Of a DNA stretch of 35,577 nucleotides, positions 34,651 to 35,577 are shown piece after piece. Position 1 is the first letter of the stretch. Each line of letters begins with the position of its first letter. Position numbers and translations under genes: made by a program. The stretch covers positions 93,160,352 through 93,195,928 of the forward strand of contig NC_068981.1 in NCBI RefSeq assembly GCF_001194135.2, given 5' to 3'. Below the pieces are notes generated by a model that had not been told where the DNA came from, made no database searches, and worked only from the letters and a program-made list of their open reading frames with translations. The DNA comes from Octopus bimaculoides. Its lineage: Eukaryota.

Positions 34651-34973
34651 GTACATTNNNNNNNNNNNNNNNNNNNNNNNNNNNNNNNNNNNNNNNNNNN
34701 NNNNNNNNNNNNNNNNNNNNNNNNNNNNNNNNNNNNNNNNNNNNNNNNNNNNNNNNNNNNNNNNNNNNNNNNNNNNNNNNNNNNNNNNNNNNNNNNNNNN
34801 NNNNNNNNNNNNNNNNNNNNNNNNNNNNNNNNNNNNNNNNNNNNNNNNNNNNNNNNNNNNNNNNNNNNNNNNNNNNNNNNNNNNNNNNNNNNNNNNNNNN
34901 NNNNNNNNNNNNNNNNNNNNNNNNNNNNNNNNNNNNNNNNNNNNNNNNNNNNNNNNNNNNNNNNNNNNNNNNN

Positions 34974-35008
<35 letters not shown>

Positions 35009-35358
35009 TTATATATATAAATATCCATGCATATATCTAATATATATAAATATATATATATATATAGCCCTCCCATCAACAGACACACCACATCCCATCA
35101 AACTGCATAATCCTTCTCTTGATGAGCCCTAAGATTACTTAAGACTAGCTGCAGACTCACAAGCTTTAAAACACAAATAACAAATAATTATTCAAGTTTC
35201 ATTTACATCGTTGCCCTTTGAAATCTGAGTCTGAAGGAATGTTTTTTGTGACTTAGCATATATCTTGTAAGTCTAGACGTTGTCTTATAAGTTTTCTGAC
35301 ATTTGACAGAATTTGTAAGACGCGGCTGGTGTTTAAGATTATTAACTACTTTCTGTTT

Positions 35359-35441
35359 CAGCCAAAGAGCCACACAGTGGGACTGAGCCCCGAACTATGA
35401 GGTTGAGAAACAAGCTTCTTACCACACAGCCACACCTGCAT
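35359..35441 (-). mobile_element. tRNA-like SINE head, 3'-truncated
   Basis: Minus strand GCAGGTGTGGCTGTGTGGTAAGAAGCTTG...ATAGTTCGGGGCTCAGTCCCACTGTGTGGC. A box TGGCTGTGTGG, B-box-like GGCTCAGTCC. There is no acceptor-stem closure. Confidence 0.8.
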
Positions 35442-35444
35442 AAA

Positions 35445-35475
<31 letters not shown>

Positions 35476-35577
35476 TTATGATCTGGTGGGCATAACCCGA
35501 ATTTACAAAATCAACGAGGATAGGGTGAAACCCAACACATCAACCACTATGAAATTTTTCTAAAATATCAGTAACAA

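Overview
AT-rich, microsatellite-dense, gapped eukaryotic DNA with nine N-gaps, mostly bordered by (TA)n. The repeat content suggests a coleoid cephalopod, probably Octopus; this is an inference from the SINE types and microsatellite load, not a database result. I can support no intact host gene. The window is a collection of decayed mobile elements: an apparently full-length RTE-clade LINE (12.4-16.1 kb, minus strand), an R4/Dong-like restriction-endonuclease LINE 3' remnant (11.7-12.3 kb), a Penelope-like RT/GIY-YIG remnant (18.5-19.7 kb), a Tc1/mariner (maT-like) 3' fragment (30.9-31.4 kb), five tRNA-derived SINE pieces, a palindromic TA-flanked MITE and a possible Helitron-like element. 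The most notable unexplained structures are: (i) a minimal hammerhead-ribozyme-like motif with a variant core (CUGUUGA) at 26024-26060 in a short repeat, with two weaker look-alikes; (ii) two long foldbacks whose inverted arms enclose a (TA)n-type microsatellite; (iii) a 116-codon open frame with an SGNH-like DxxH motif that extends to about 144 aa if one frameshift is corrected. Most ORFs in the supplied track are microsatellite or N-gap artefacts.
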